A DNA stretch of 64,000 nucleotides from NCBI GenBank assembly GCA_030019025.1, contig JASEFR010000004.1:12782-76781 (forward strand), written 5' to 3'. The translations under genes were made by a program, and so were the position numbers. The notes beneath the pieces are model-generated. The model made no database searches, was not told where the DNA came from, and saw only the letters and a program-made list of their open reading frames with translations. Source of the DNA: a bacterium (GTDB lineage Bacteria > Hydrothermota > Hydrothermia > UBA1063). This document shows positions 12,413 to 22,560 of this stretch, in pieces (within the stretch, counting starts at the first letter, position 1; each line of letters starts with the position of its first letter).

Positions 12413-12449
12413 TCGTGGTGGTCCCGCTCTGCGGGACCACCACGAATCC
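12413..12449 (-). terminator. rho-independent terminator for the minus-strand RND operon (17-bp perfect stem, 3-nt loop, T-run on the minus strand)
   Basis: ATTCGTGGTGGTCCCGC-tct-GCGGGACCACCACGAAT at 12413-12449, 45 nt downstream of the AcrB-like stop at 12494. The minus strand continues with TTTT. Confidence 0.7.
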
Positions 12450-12493
12450 CGATAATCAGCTCTCCTCGCCTTTTAAACTGCCTTAGCTTTTTC

Positions 12494-15400
12494 TTACCTC
12501 GTCCGTATCTTCTCAAAATAGGTATAAATCACTGGCACAACCAAAAAAGCCATTATTGTAGAGGCTACAAGCCCGCCGATCATAGCAACAGCCAGAGGTT
12601 GCCTCAAAGCACCACCTTCAGTGTGTCCTGAAAGAGCCATTGGAATAAGACCAAAAATCGTGGTGAGGTTGGTAATAAGAACAGGTCTTAGCCTTGTAAC
12701 GGAACCTTGAATCACCGCTTCCAGTGGATCAACACCTTTCTCCCTAAGCTCTTTGTAAAAGGTTAACATAACAATCGCTTGGTTTACCACAACACCTACG
12801 AGAATTAGTACACCAACCATAGATGGTACTGAAATCGTAGTTCCAGTAATAAATAAAGCCCAAATGGACCCGACAAATGCAAGGGGAATAGTCAGCATAA
12901 TTATAATCGGATCTCTTAATGACTCAAGTTGGGCTGCCAGAATCATGTAAACAAGAAGGATAGCAGCAAAAATCGAGATTCCAAGATTCTTAACCATATC
13001 CTGAACTTGCTCAAATTCTCCTTTTATCTGGAGGCTATATCCTTCTGGTAATGAAATTTTGAATAATCTATCTCTGATTTCAGAAAATACCTCACTCTTC
13101 TTTCTTCCCTGTATATCGGCAAGAACCTTTATCACCCTTGACTGATTTTCATGATCTATCTGTACAGCACCTAAATCGTAAGAAAATTCAGCTATCTCCT
13201 TTAGAGGTATTACAGCCCCCGTCGGAGTTATTATAGGAAAGTAGAAAAGTTTCTCCACACTCTCTTTCAAATAGCTGGTATCTGCCTTTAAAACGAGGTC
13301 ATAATCCTTCCCCCTTAACCTCAGTTTTGTAGTAGTTACTCCCTGAAATGCAATTTGAAGCTCCCTCTGAATCTGTATTGGAGTAAGTCCAAAATATGCA
13401 GCCTTATCTCTCAAAATGTTAATTCTCAACTCAGGTTTTGCCTTTTTAAAAGAAAGCTCTACACCTTCAATACCCTTAATTTTCCCAATTTCATCGGCCA
13501 CTGTATTTGCAAGGGAAAGGAGTTCTTCCAGATCTTTACCATAAATGGAAATTTCCACGGGTTTCCCCGCACCACCGAAAAAGAGAGTATTAACAAGGTC
13601 CATAGATTTTACAGTAGCCCCTTGATAAACCGGAGTTTTTTGCAAAATTTCGTTTGCAACTTGCATTGCACTTTTTTTCCTCTTTGCCGCATCCACAAGA
13701 CGAATCATTAAAGTGGCGGTATTGCTACCCTGAGAAGTACCAAACATCATACCACTTGACAAACCACCTGTGGCCATTACCCTCTCAACCTCTGGATACT
13801 CCTTTGCTATATCTACGAGCTGATCCACATAGTGTTCTGTTTCTTGAAGATTGGTCGCCGGGGGGAGTTCAATGGAAATTATTGCTGTACCCATGTCCAT
13901 CGATGGCACAAACTCCCTATCAATGAACTTTAAAATAGGTATAGAGACGATGAAGAGAATTACGGTACCTACTAAAATAATCCCCCTCTTTGGCAAAACA
14001 AATCGGGTCAATATTTTATGGTATAAATCCCTTAACGGGGTAAACCAATAGCGTTTCCTCATCTCCTTTAGGGCTACAGCCTGGGTAATATAGCTTGAAG
14101 TCATAACAGGTATTATGGTCACAGCTACAAGAAGAGACGCCAAAAGTGTAACCGTAACCGTTATTGCCAGAGGCTTTGTAAACTGTCCTATCATTCCTCC
14201 AATGTAAATAAGAGGAAGAAACACCACAATATTGGTCAAAGTTGAAGCTGATATAGCTGTCCAAACTTCCTCCGCACCATTAATCGCTGCATTATACCTA
14301 TCTTCTCCTTGTTCCTCATGTCTGAAAATATTCTCAACAACAACAACCGCAGCATCCACCAGCATTCCTACCCCAAGCGCTATTCCCGCAAGAGTCATCA
14401 TATTTAACGAATATCCAAGAAAGTAAAGAACCGTAAAAGATATAATCACGGAAAGAGGTATTGCCAGACTAATGACAAGAGTAGGTCTCAAGTCTATGAG
14501 GAAAAGAAAAATCATTATCGCAGCCAGTATAGCGCCGATTATTCCACTATTTATTGTCTCCGAAGCAGATTTGGTTATAAAACGGGCTTGGTCAAAACCT
14601 TTTTGTAGATCCACGTCCTTATACCACTGACCAATCCTTTTAACTGCTCTATCAACGCGCTGTACCACCTGAACGGTATTTGCACCGGACCTCTTATAAA
14701 CTGAAACAATTATTGCTTCGTCCTTGAAATTCTTTGCAAACCCTAATCTTTCCGACTCTGTTGCGTATACTTTTGCCACATCTTTAAGAAATACAGGGAG
14801 TCCGTTTTTTCTGAAACCAACCACTTGATTTTCCAAGTCCCTTATATTGCTGTATTCTCCTACCGTCCTGATCAAGAGGGTTTTATGCCTTACATCAACC
14901 CTACCTGATGGAAAATTAAAATTGTTGAGTTGCAACATCTGAGAAATCTGACTAAAAGAAACACCTGCTTCAAGAAGTTTTGGTACTTCCACTTCAACCC
15001 AGTACTCTATCTCCCTTCCACCTATTACATCAACCGTTGCTACACCTTCAACCCTTTCAAGATAGGGTTTAATATCATTTTCAAGAAGTTTTTTAAGTTG
15101 GGTTAAGGTGTATCTATCTGAAGTCGCAATGTAGCGAGCAACAGGCATCATTGAAGCATCAAACTTGAAAACAATCGGTTTTTGAACATCTGCGGATAAA
15201 TACCTCTCTATAAGTCCGATTTTATCTCTAACCTCCTGTGCAGCAAAATCCAGATTTGTACCCCATTCAAATTCAGCAATAACCACTGAAGCACCTTCTA
15301 TTGACTGAGAAGTAACCTTTTTGACACCCGAAACCGTGGAAACAACGCTCTCTATGGGTTTGGTGATCAATTGTTCAATGTCCTCCGGCGCAACATTCTC

Positions 15401-15547
15401 ATAACTAGTAACAACCGTAACTGCAGGGTACGTCATCTGAGGTAAAAGGTCAAGTCCCATCCTTGACAGTGAAACAACTCCCAGGACCAGCAGTACGCCT
15501 ATAAACATTAAAATCGTTACGGGATGCCTTACAGAGAACTTAATCAT
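12494..15547 (-). CDS. RND efflux transporter permease (AcrB/CzcA family)
   Basis: 1017 aa with 12-TM architecture and two large periplasmic loops. Typical RND motifs are present. Confidence 0.9.
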   Translation of the reverse strand: MIKFSVRHPVTILMFIGVLLVLGVVSLSRMGLDLLPQMTYPAVTVVTSYENVAPEDIEQLITKPIESVVSTVSGVKKVTSQSIEGASVVIAEFEWGTNLDFAAQEVRDKIGLIERYLSADVQKPIVFKFDASMMPVARYIATSDRYTLTQLKKLLENDIKPYLERVEGVATVDVIGGREIEYWVEVEVPKLLEAGVSFSQISQMLQLNNFNFPSGRVDVRHKTLLIRTVGEYSNIRDLENQVVGFRKNGLPVFLKDVAKVYATESERLGFAKNFKDEAIIVSVYKRSGANTVQVVQRVDRAVKRIGQWYKDVDLQKGFDQARFITKSASETINSGIIGAILAAIMIFLFLIDLRPTLVISLAIPLSVIISFTVLYFLGYSLNMMTLAGIALGVGMLVDAAVVVVENIFRHEEQGEDRYNAAINGAEEVWTAISASTLTNIVVFLPLIYIGGMIGQFTKPLAITVTVTLLASLLVAVTIIPVMTSSYITQAVALKEMRKRYWFTPLRDLYHKILTRFVLPKRGIILVGTVILFIVSIPILKFIDREFVPSMDMGTAIISIELPPATNLQETEHYVDQLVDIAKEYPEVERVMATGGLSSGMMFGTSQGSNTATLMIRLVDAAKRKKSAMQVANEILQKTPVYQGATVKSMDLVNTLFFGGAGKPVEISIYGKDLEELLSLANTVADEIGKIKGIEGVELSFKKAKPELRINILRDKAAYFGLTPIQIQRELQIAFQGVTTTKLRLRGKDYDLVLKADTSYLKESVEKLFYFPIITPTGAVIPLKEIAEFSYDLGAVQIDHENQSRVIKVLADIQGRKKSEVFSEIRDRLFKISLPEGYSLQIKGEFEQVQDMVKNLGISIFAAILLVYMILAAQLESLRDPIIIMLTIPLAFVGSIWALFITGTTISVPSMVGVLILVGVVVNQAIVMLTFYKELREKGVDPLEAVIQGSVTRLRPVLITNLTTIFGLIPMALSGHTEGGALRQPLAVAMIGGLVASTIMAFLVVPVIYTYFEKIRTR

Positions 15548-15550
15548 AGT

Positions 15551-16390
15551 TTATTTTCCTCCGATTTCCACTAAGGCTCCATCATAAAGACCTTCAGCTC
15601 CCAATGTTACAACAAGGTCCCCCGGTTTGAGATTGCCTTTCACTTCAGCTCTACGTTCACTCACAATACCAACTTCCACCGGTACTTCCCTCACAGTATT
15701 GTTCTGGACTACGTAAACGACGGTTTTATTGCCCTTCTGAACAAGGGCAGTCTCCGGAACAATTAATACCTGGGATTTTCTTCTAACTACAATTTTTACT
15801 TTAACAACTGAACCGTACTCAAAGACACTCTCATTTAATGCTATTCTTGCTTTCCCTGTGAAACTCATAGGATCAAGACCCTTAGATCTTGCAACTACCT
15901 TTCCAGGAACCACTCTATCCCTGTTTACAGCATAAGCCACTGCTCCAACCTGAACCCTTTTCAAATCCTCGGACGAGAGACCTACTTCAATAGCCTGTTG
16001 TTCAGATACAATATATGCAAACGGTTGGTTTTGCAGAGCCATTTGTCCTACTTTCCCATTTATCAGAGCAATAATTCCATCAATAGGCGCAGTAATTTGG
16101 AGGTACTCCGTTTTCACACCGGGAATCTCTCTATCGAGAAGGGCAATTACCTCACCTTTCTTTACTATATCGCCTTCGTTCTTTAAGACACTTACAACTC
16201 TTCCTGGCATCATCGGAAAAACTGGTGCCTCTTCCAGTCCCGTTACTCTTCCGAAAGTGTAGATATACTCTTCAATTCCTCCCCTAATAACCTTATCTGC
16301 CTCCACAAGAAACTTTCTTTGAGTTTCGTTTTGTGCAAAAAGGCCTCCTGAAGCTATCAAGAACATCACAACCTTTTTAAGAGCTTTCAT
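15551..16390 (-). CDS. RND efflux periplasmic adaptor (membrane fusion protein), short hairpin-less form
   Basis: 279 aa with a signal peptide and lipoyl/beta-barrel MFP motifs, but no alpha-helical coiled-coil hairpin region. It lies 3 nt from the RND pump gene. Confidence 0.75.
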   Translation of the reverse strand: MKALKKVVMFLIASGGLFAQNETQRKFLVEADKVIRGGIEEYIYTFGRVTGLEEAPVFPMMPGRVVSVLKNEGDIVKKGEVIALLDREIPGVKTEYLQITAPIDGIIALINGKVGQMALQNQPFAYIVSEQQAIEVGLSSEDLKRVQVGAVAYAVNRDRVVPGKVVARSKGLDPMSFTGKARIALNESVFEYGSVVKVKIVVRRKSQVLIVPETALVQKGNKTVVYVVQNNTVREVPVEVGIVSERRAEVKGNLKPGDLVVTLGAEGLYDGALVEIGGK

Positions 16391-16399
16391 TGCAACCTC

Positions 16400-17716
16400 C
16401 TATTTTATACCTTTTAAGGCTTTTTCGACTTCCATGGCTTTAAAAATACAATCTGCCAAAGATTGTAAAAGCAAAGTCCTCTGCGAAAAATAATTGGTTT
16501 CTGCATCGACAAAGTCGAGTTGCGTGGCAAAGCCCATCTCATACTGAGTCTTTACGGTATTGTAAAGAGCCTCAGCTACACGCAGGTTTTCTTTTTGAAC
16601 TTCATACTTTTCAAGAGCCAACACCAAGTTTCTTTTTGCCTTTTCAAATTCAAGAACAGCTGCATTTCTCTGGTGTGCAATGGTATATGAAAGCGCCTTC
16701 TTCTGATAATATGCTTCCTTCATTTGATAATTACTCTTTAATCCGTCAAAGAGAGGGAAAGACACTCCCACCGTGAAAGCCCAGTAGTCTTTCCAAATAT
16801 TCTCAAATCCAAAGGGCTTTTGCATCAAATAGTTGAAAGAATAAAAGACCGTCGGAAGATTAGATGCAGAATAATTTTTCATAGATAACTCCAAGATTTT
16901 CTCCTTCAAAGAAAGGCTTCTTAGATCATATCTGGAATCCAAGTTTAGGTTTGAGGCAACAAGGCTCTCAATATAAGCGGTATCAATTACAAGGGAATCC
17001 ACAAGGATAATTTCAACAGAGTCAGAAATTCCCATTATCAACCTCAATATGTCAAGAACATCCCTATAAGACCTCTCGGCATCCATTATCTGAATTTTGT
17101 TATTTTTATACTTTGCTTCCGCTTGGAGAAGCTCAACTTCCGTAGCGGTTCCAACGGAGTATTTTCTCTTGGTGGTTTCATAGTGCTCAAGAAGCTCCTC
17201 ATCCACCTTTTTAGATAGGCTAACAAATTCCCTGAGTACCAGCGCGTAGCTGTAAAGCTGTTTTATCTGAAAGGCCAAATTTTCTGAATTTACAGAATCT
17301 GAGAGAATTTTATCACGCAGGTTTAACGCAGCAATTTTGTATGTTCTTACGAGAGTACCCCAAGTAAAAACAGCCTGACTTACACCAATATTGATATTAT
17401 AGTTATCCTTTTGGCCAAAGGGAATAGACACAGTGTGCCCAACGGGAATAAAGGCACCAGAGGGTGTCATCACAAGACTATCCAGATGGAAACTCTTCAT
17501 CTCCTGAATGATGGAAACTCTTCTGTAACTTGCATCAATTTTGACCTGTGGAAAGAAAACCGAACGCGCCTGCATTTTCTGAGATCTTGCAACCTCAACC
17601 TGAGCCATTGAAGCCTGCAAAAGTGGACTCTTCTGAAGTCCAATTGCCACTGCATCATTTTGGGTAAGATAGAGTGTATCACTTAACGAAATTAGTAAAA
17701 ATATCAAGGTAACCAT
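16400..17716 (-). CDS. TolC-like outer membrane efflux protein
   Basis: 438 aa with a signal peptide and the two-repeat OEP architecture. It is the first structural gene of the efflux operon. Confidence 0.8.
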   Translation of the reverse strand: MVTLIFLLISLSDTLYLTQNDAVAIGLQKSPLLQASMAQVEVARSQKMQARSVFFPQVKIDASYRRVSIIQEMKSFHLDSLVMTPSGAFIPVGHTVSIPFGQKDNYNINIGVSQAVFTWGTLVRTYKIAALNLRDKILSDSVNSENLAFQIKQLYSYALVLREFVSLSKKVDEELLEHYETTKRKYSVGTATEVELLQAEAKYKNNKIQIMDAERSYRDVLDILRLIMGISDSVEIILVDSLVIDTAYIESLVASNLNLDSRYDLRSLSLKEKILELSMKNYSASNLPTVFYSFNYLMQKPFGFENIWKDYWAFTVGVSFPLFDGLKSNYQMKEAYYQKKALSYTIAHQRNAAVLEFEKAKRNLVLALEKYEVQKENLRVAEALYNTVKTQYEMGFATQLDFVDAETNYFSQRTLLLQSLADCIFKAMEVEKALKGIK

Positions 17717-17728
17717 AACCCGCTCCTT

Positions 17729-18310
17729 TTAATTTTTCAAAAATGCCCTTTTAACGATTTGAAATACTTCCTCTTCAACATCCTCTGACATAGTGCCGTT
17801 AATAAAACTATTAAAGATTGGCCTCATAACCATTCCTAAAAATGCACTCGACAAAATATTTACGTCACCTTCATAAATAAGCCCCTTTTTTAACGCACTT
17901 TCAAACAAATTTTTCAGAAACTCGGTGAACTCTTTCTGCTCCTCAAGGATTGCGTTCTTAAGCTTGTCATTCCATAAATTTACCAAAGGGATTTCATAGA
18001 CCATTCGAATAATGAAATCTTTGTTTTCTTCAATGAGTAAAACAAGGGTTTTTAATAGCGCCCTTATTTTACCTTCTAAGGATTCCTCAACTTCTATGGT
18101 CTCCTTGATCCTGCTACTAAAGTACTTGATACCTTCCTTTATGAGGCACTGGTAAAGTTCTTCCTTAGATTGGAAATAAAGATAAAGAGTACCCTTTGCA
18201 ACTCCAGCCTCTCTTACGATGTCTTCCATCTTTGTCTCATAAAAACCCTTTTTACCAAAGACATCCCTTGCTGCAATTAGAATCTTTTCTCTTGTTTCCA
18301 TATTTTTCAA
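17729..18310 (-). CDS. TetR/AcrR family transcriptional regulator
   Basis: 193 aa with an N-terminal HTH (REKILIAARDVFGKKGFYETKMEDIVREAGVAKGTLYLYF). It lies directly upstream of the efflux genes. Confidence 0.9.
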   Translation of the reverse strand: MKNMETREKILIAARDVFGKKGFYETKMEDIVREAGVAKGTLYLYFQSKEELYQCLIKEGIKYFSSRIKETIEVEESLEGKIRALLKTLVLLIEENKDFIIRMVYEIPLVNLWNDKLKNAILEEQKEFTEFLKNLFESALKKGLIYEGDVNILSSAFLGMVMRPIFNSFINGTMSEDVEEEVFQIVKRAFLKN

Positions 18311-18314
18311 CTCC

Positions 18315-18338
18315 TTATGACTGACCAGTCAGTCATAA
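18315..18338. promoter_or_regulatory. TetR-type operator: perfect 11-bp inverted repeat TTATGACTGAC-ca-GTCAGTCATAA
   Basis: The palindrome lies 5 nt upstream of the tetR start codon, overlapping its RBS (AAGGAG on the minus strand, 18311-18316) and a candidate -10. This is the classic autoregulatory arrangement. Confidence 0.6.
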
Positions 18339-18366
18339 TTAACAGTTTAGCAGAATGAAAAGTCAA
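18336..18366 (-). promoter_or_regulatory. candidate promoter for the tetR-efflux operon (minus strand TTGACT ... TAATTA)
   Basis: Minus-strand TTGACT at plus 18361-18366 and TAATTA at 18336-18341. The spacing is about 19 nt, which is suboptimal, and the -10 overlaps the operator. Confidence 0.3.
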
Positions 18367-18913
18367 GTTCAATTTAAAATGTTGCAGCTAACTCAAAGAT
18401 ATGAGTAAAAAAAGTGAATTTAGAACGAACGGAATTGAAAAGCTGAACTTTGTCAGTTGTATCAATACGAAAAGCATGAAGATAAGAGAGATGAAGGTAT
18501 TTTGATGGTAAGCTCAAAAATTTATAGGTAAATAGCATTATGGGGCGAAGAAGAAATTAAAAAGTTATAATTTCCAAATACAACCAAACACAATTAATGA
18601 AACATTATTTAGAAAGAACATTGCAGAGGAAAGGCTTTAGCGCAAAAAAAACAAAAAGTTGTAAAAGCTCAAAAAGCCTACATTGTTAAGTAAAATGTAA
18701 AATTAGAATGCATAGGGTAACGTTAAATAAGAGGTATGTAGCTTAGGGAAATACACAAAGGTTGTAAAATAAAGGCAGGTACTAGTTTACGGCACGCAAA
18801 ATAAGCCCCACAAGAAATTAGAATAATATCACAAGCAAACCACATAGACACCATTTGCAAACTGCGAATATTAAATTAGACGCAAAAATTGGCTTTTACA
18901 CTCTATCTAATAA

Positions 18914-20728
18914 TTAAATAGCACTCTGGCTAATTAGCTCGTCCAGCTCCTGACCTGTAATGGTCTCTTTTTCCAATAGATAGTTGGCAACCCTATGGAG
19001 AAGGTCAATTTGGGCTTTTAAAATTTCAAAAGCTTTATCAAAGGCATTTTTCACGATTTCCTTGATCTCATTATCAATTAATCGAGCAGTCTCCTCGGAG
19101 TAATATTTTCGAACTCCAAGTTCCCTTCCAAGAAAGACTTCCTCTTCCTCCTTTCCAAGGGTCACGGGACCTAACTTTTCCGACATTCCCCAATCAGTAA
19201 CCATCCTTCTTGCAATCTCAGTAGCTTTTGCCAAGTCATCAGCTGCCCCAGTAGACTCTTCATTAAATATAAGAAGTTCTGCTGCACGTCCTCCCAAAAG
19301 GACAGATAGTTGAGTTAAAATGTAGGATTTGGTATAGAGATATTTGTCCTCACTGGGAAGCGATTGGGTGGCTCCAAGAGCTCTTCCATGTGGAATAATA
19401 GTAACCTTATGAACTGGATCGGCACCCGGTAAAAACTTGGCAACAAGAGCATGACCTGTTTCATGATAGGCTATACGCTTCTTTTCCTCTTCAGAAATCA
19501 CCATACTCCTTCGTGCAATCCCCATTATTAGCTTGTCCTTTGCTTCTTCAAAATCCTGCATTTCAACAACTTGCTTGTTTTTCCTTGCGGCAAGAAGGGC
19601 AGCTTCGTTCACAAGATTAGCAAGATCAGCACCAGTAAACCCTGGCGTTGATTGCGCTATTACCTTAAGATCCACATCAGGTCCAAGAGGAATCTTTCGG
19701 CTATGTATTTTTAATATTTCCTCCCTCCCTTTCACATCCGGTATTGGTACATAAATTCTGCGGTCAAATCTACCAGGTCTTAGAAGGGCAGGATCAAGAA
19801 TATCGGGTCTATTGGTAGCGGCCATTACTATTATACCTTCAGACGAGTCAAAGCCATCCATTTCCACAAGAAGTTGGTTAAGAGTCTGCTCTCTTTCGTC
19901 GTGCCCACCGCCAAGACCTGCTCCTCTGAGCCTTCCCACAGCATCAATTTCATCTATAAATATTATGCATGGTGCATTGGCTTTGCCCTGCTCAAAAAGA
20001 TCCCTAACCCTTGCAGCACCAACACCAACAAAAAGCTCTACGAATTCAGAACCAGAAATAGAGAGGAATGGAACTCCAGCCTCGCCAGCCACTGCCTTAG
20101 CAAGTAAAGTCTTACCAGTACCTGGAGGCCCTATAAGTAAAACTCCTTTGGGAATCCTCGCACCAATCCTTGAAAATTTATGAGGATTTTTTAGGAATTC
20201 AATAATCTCTTGGAGCTCTACTTTGGCTTCGTCACAACCTGCAACATCGTTAAAAGTTACCTGGGGTTTTGACTCCTTTAGAACCTTAACCCTGCTCTTT
20301 CCAAATCTAATTGCTTCTCTTTGGCTTGCATTTATCTGCCTGAAAAAGAAAAACCAGAAAAAGGCAAGCATAAGAAGCCATGGAATTGAGCCAATTATCA
20401 AATTCCACGCAAGACTCTTCTCTTTTGAGTAGACCTGAACCTTCTTTGATGCAAGAAGCCTTATCAGCTCTGGATCTTCGAAAGGCAACGTCAGTTTAAA
20501 TCTTAAATATTCTTTGTTTTCAAATTTCTGAGGTTCCCGAAACAGACCTTCCACACTTTTTCCCGAAATGAGAACTTGCGAGACATTACCCTGCTCTACT
20601 TGAGTATAAAAGTCAGTATAGGATATTTGTGCCACACCCTTTTCTGAAGAAAGGTAGTTGTATAGGGTTAAAAACACTAAAAAAATTAATATCCAAACAA
20701 CTAAATTTCTTAAAATGTCACTTTTCAT
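18914..20728 (-). CDS. ftsH: ATP-dependent zinc metalloprotease FtsH
   Basis: 604 aa with N-terminal TM segments, the Walker A GPPGTGKT, the second region of homology and the zinc-binding HETGHAL motif. Confidence 0.95.
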   Translation of the reverse strand: MKSDILRNLVVWILIFLVFLTLYNYLSSEKGVAQISYTDFYTQVEQGNVSQVLISGKSVEGLFREPQKFENKEYLRFKLTLPFEDPELIRLLASKKVQVYSKEKSLAWNLIIGSIPWLLMLAFFWFFFFRQINASQREAIRFGKSRVKVLKESKPQVTFNDVAGCDEAKVELQEIIEFLKNPHKFSRIGARIPKGVLLIGPPGTGKTLLAKAVAGEAGVPFLSISGSEFVELFVGVGAARVRDLFEQGKANAPCIIFIDEIDAVGRLRGAGLGGGHDEREQTLNQLLVEMDGFDSSEGIIVMAATNRPDILDPALLRPGRFDRRIYVPIPDVKGREEILKIHSRKIPLGPDVDLKVIAQSTPGFTGADLANLVNEAALLAARKNKQVVEMQDFEEAKDKLIMGIARRSMVISEEEKKRIAYHETGHALVAKFLPGADPVHKVTIIPHGRALGATQSLPSEDKYLYTKSYILTQLSVLLGGRAAELLIFNEESTGAADDLAKATEIARRMVTDWGMSEKLGPVTLGKEEEEVFLGRELGVRKYYSEETARLIDNEIKEIVKNAFDKAFEILKAQIDLLHRVANYLLEKETITGQELDELISQSAI

Positions 20729-21278
20729 TATTTTCCACCTCTTTTATCTCTTCTGGCAAAAGCTCCCTTATATAAGGGAGATTCCTGTATCTTTCTGCGT
20801 AGTCAAGGCCATATCCAACGAGAAACCTGTCAGGTACTTCAAAGCCTACATAACCCAACTTTATATCCACCAGCCTTTTTTCTTTTTTATCCAACAAAAC
20901 GCAAACTCTGAGACTCCTTGGCTTTCTACCATCAAGTAATTCGACCAGATACTTTAAAGTTAACCCACTGTCGCATATATCCTCAACAAGGATCACATCC
21001 CTTCCCTCTATTGAAATGGATAAATCTTTCAAAATTTTCACAATTCCCGAAGTCTTTGTAGATTTTCCATAACTCGAAACGGAAAGAAAATCGATTTCCA
21101 CATCCATGTCACTCAGTTCTCTTATTAAATCAGCAAGGAAAATAAAAGACCCTTTCAAAACCCCAACGAGAATTGGAACAGTGCCTTGATAGTCCCTTTT
21201 TATTTGCGAGGCAATTTCCCTCACCCTGTCCTTTATCTGCTCTTCAGTTATCAAAAATCCAGTATTTTCCCTCATCAA
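20718..21278 (-). CDS. hpt: hypoxanthine phosphoribosyltransferase
   Basis: 186 aa with the PRPP-binding motif VILVEDICDSGLTL. The tilS-hpt-ftsH arrangement is conserved. Confidence 0.9.
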   Translation of the reverse strand: MMRENTGFLITEEQIKDRVREIASQIKRDYQGTVPILVGVLKGSFIFLADLIRELSDMDVEIDFLSVSSYGKSTKTSGIVKILKDLSISIEGRDVILVEDICDSGLTLKYLVELLDGRKPRSLRVCVLLDKKEKRLVDIKLGYVGFEVPDRFLVGYGLDYAERYRNLPYIRELLPEEIKEVENNEK

Positions 21279-22557
21279 TTTTTCTTACCTCCAAGAAGAT
21301 TTCACCTCTTACTTTATCCATTCTAAAACCGGGAACCCAAACAATTTGCCCTTTACTTTCAAAAACTGGGTAATATCTCCTCTTCCAGACATTAATCCTT
21401 CTGGAGCCAAAAAGATCGGAAAGTTTCTTACCCATATAAATATCCCCCGGTCTCCAGGTTCTGAGTTTAACCGGGAAATCATCCTCAGTAAATCCCATCA
21501 CAAAGAGGTTTTCAGAAAATTTCTCAGAAGGCTTTACCATGAGATTTAATTCTTCTACTGTTAAGGGCAAATTTTCCAAACTAACTTGAACTTCCGAAAA
21601 AGTTTTATTCTCAGGAGCTATAAAGACCTCTTCTTTGCTACTAAACACTTGAAATCCTTTAACTTTTCCGGATTTCTTCGTTACAATTAAATTCTCAATA
21701 CTTTCAACATCTTTATAGGTCAAATTTAACCTCCGCTGAATTAAAAGTTTTTGCAGTAAATAATGATAATTTCTAAACTTCGAACAATCAATTAAAATCG
21801 CCCAGGAGAAAGCATTTTTAAGAACCTCCTTTTCCATCCTTTCCAGCTCCGTTTCGAGAAAACCAGCAAAATCCACCATGATTTCACTGGTTTCCCTTAT
21901 TTTGTCAAAGGCACCCGGTCTTATCTCTTCCAAATATGGCAAAAGTTCTAATCTTATACGATTACGCAAAAATTTGGTATCAAGATTGGATGAATCTATC
22001 ACATAAGAAACTCCTTTAGAACCGAGATAATTCTCTATTTCCTTCCGTGTAATATATATTAGTGGCCGGATTATTTTTCCGCGCACCGGTGGAATTCCCT
22101 TAAGGCCCATAATCCCCGTGCCTCTTAAAAGATTGATAAGAAAAGTTTCAACGGAATCGGAAGCAGTGTGGGCAAGAACTACTTTGTTAAAGCCATACCT
22201 TTGCAAATAATCCTCATATTTTTCATATCTCACCCTTCTGGCAACCTCTTCAATTGATTCTTCCTCTCTTTTTAAACTCCTCACATCAACCCTCTCTACG
22301 AACAATTCTATTTTCCTCTCTTCGCAAAATCTTTTACAAAAAACTTCATCTCGGTAGGACTCTTCCCCCCTAAGCATATGATTAATATGCAAACAACTGA
22401 AGGTTATTCCAAAATAACTCTCCACAGCCCTTAGTATTTCAACAAGAAAAACCGAGTCAGGACCACCAGAAAAGCCAACCAGTAACCTATCTCCTTCCAC
22501 AATCATGTTGTACTTCTTCACCGCTTTAATAAATTTTTCGAGAAGGACAGGATCCAT
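21244..22557 (-). CDS. tilS: tRNA(Ile)-lysidine synthetase
   Basis: 437 aa with the PP-loop motif SGGPDS near the N-terminus. It sits upstream of hpt and ftsH. Confidence 0.9.
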   Translation of the reverse strand: MDPVLLEKFIKAVKKYNMIVEGDRLLVGFSGGPDSVFLVEILRAVESYFGITFSCLHINHMLRGEESYRDEVFCKRFCEERKIELFVERVDVRSLKREEESIEEVARRVRYEKYEDYLQRYGFNKVVLAHTASDSVETFLINLLRGTGIMGLKGIPPVRGKIIRPLIYITRKEIENYLGSKGVSYVIDSSNLDTKFLRNRIRLELLPYLEEIRPGAFDKIRETSEIMVDFAGFLETELERMEKEVLKNAFSWAILIDCSKFRNYHYLLQKLLIQRRLNLTYKDVESIENLIVTKKSGKVKGFQVFSSKEEVFIAPENKTFSEVQVSLENLPLTVEELNLMVKPSEKFSENLFVMGFTEDDFPVKLRTWRPGDIYMGKKLSDLFGSRRINVWKRRYYPVFESKGQIVWVPGFRMDKVRGEIFLEVRKIDEGKYWIFDN

Positions 22558-22560
22558 TAA

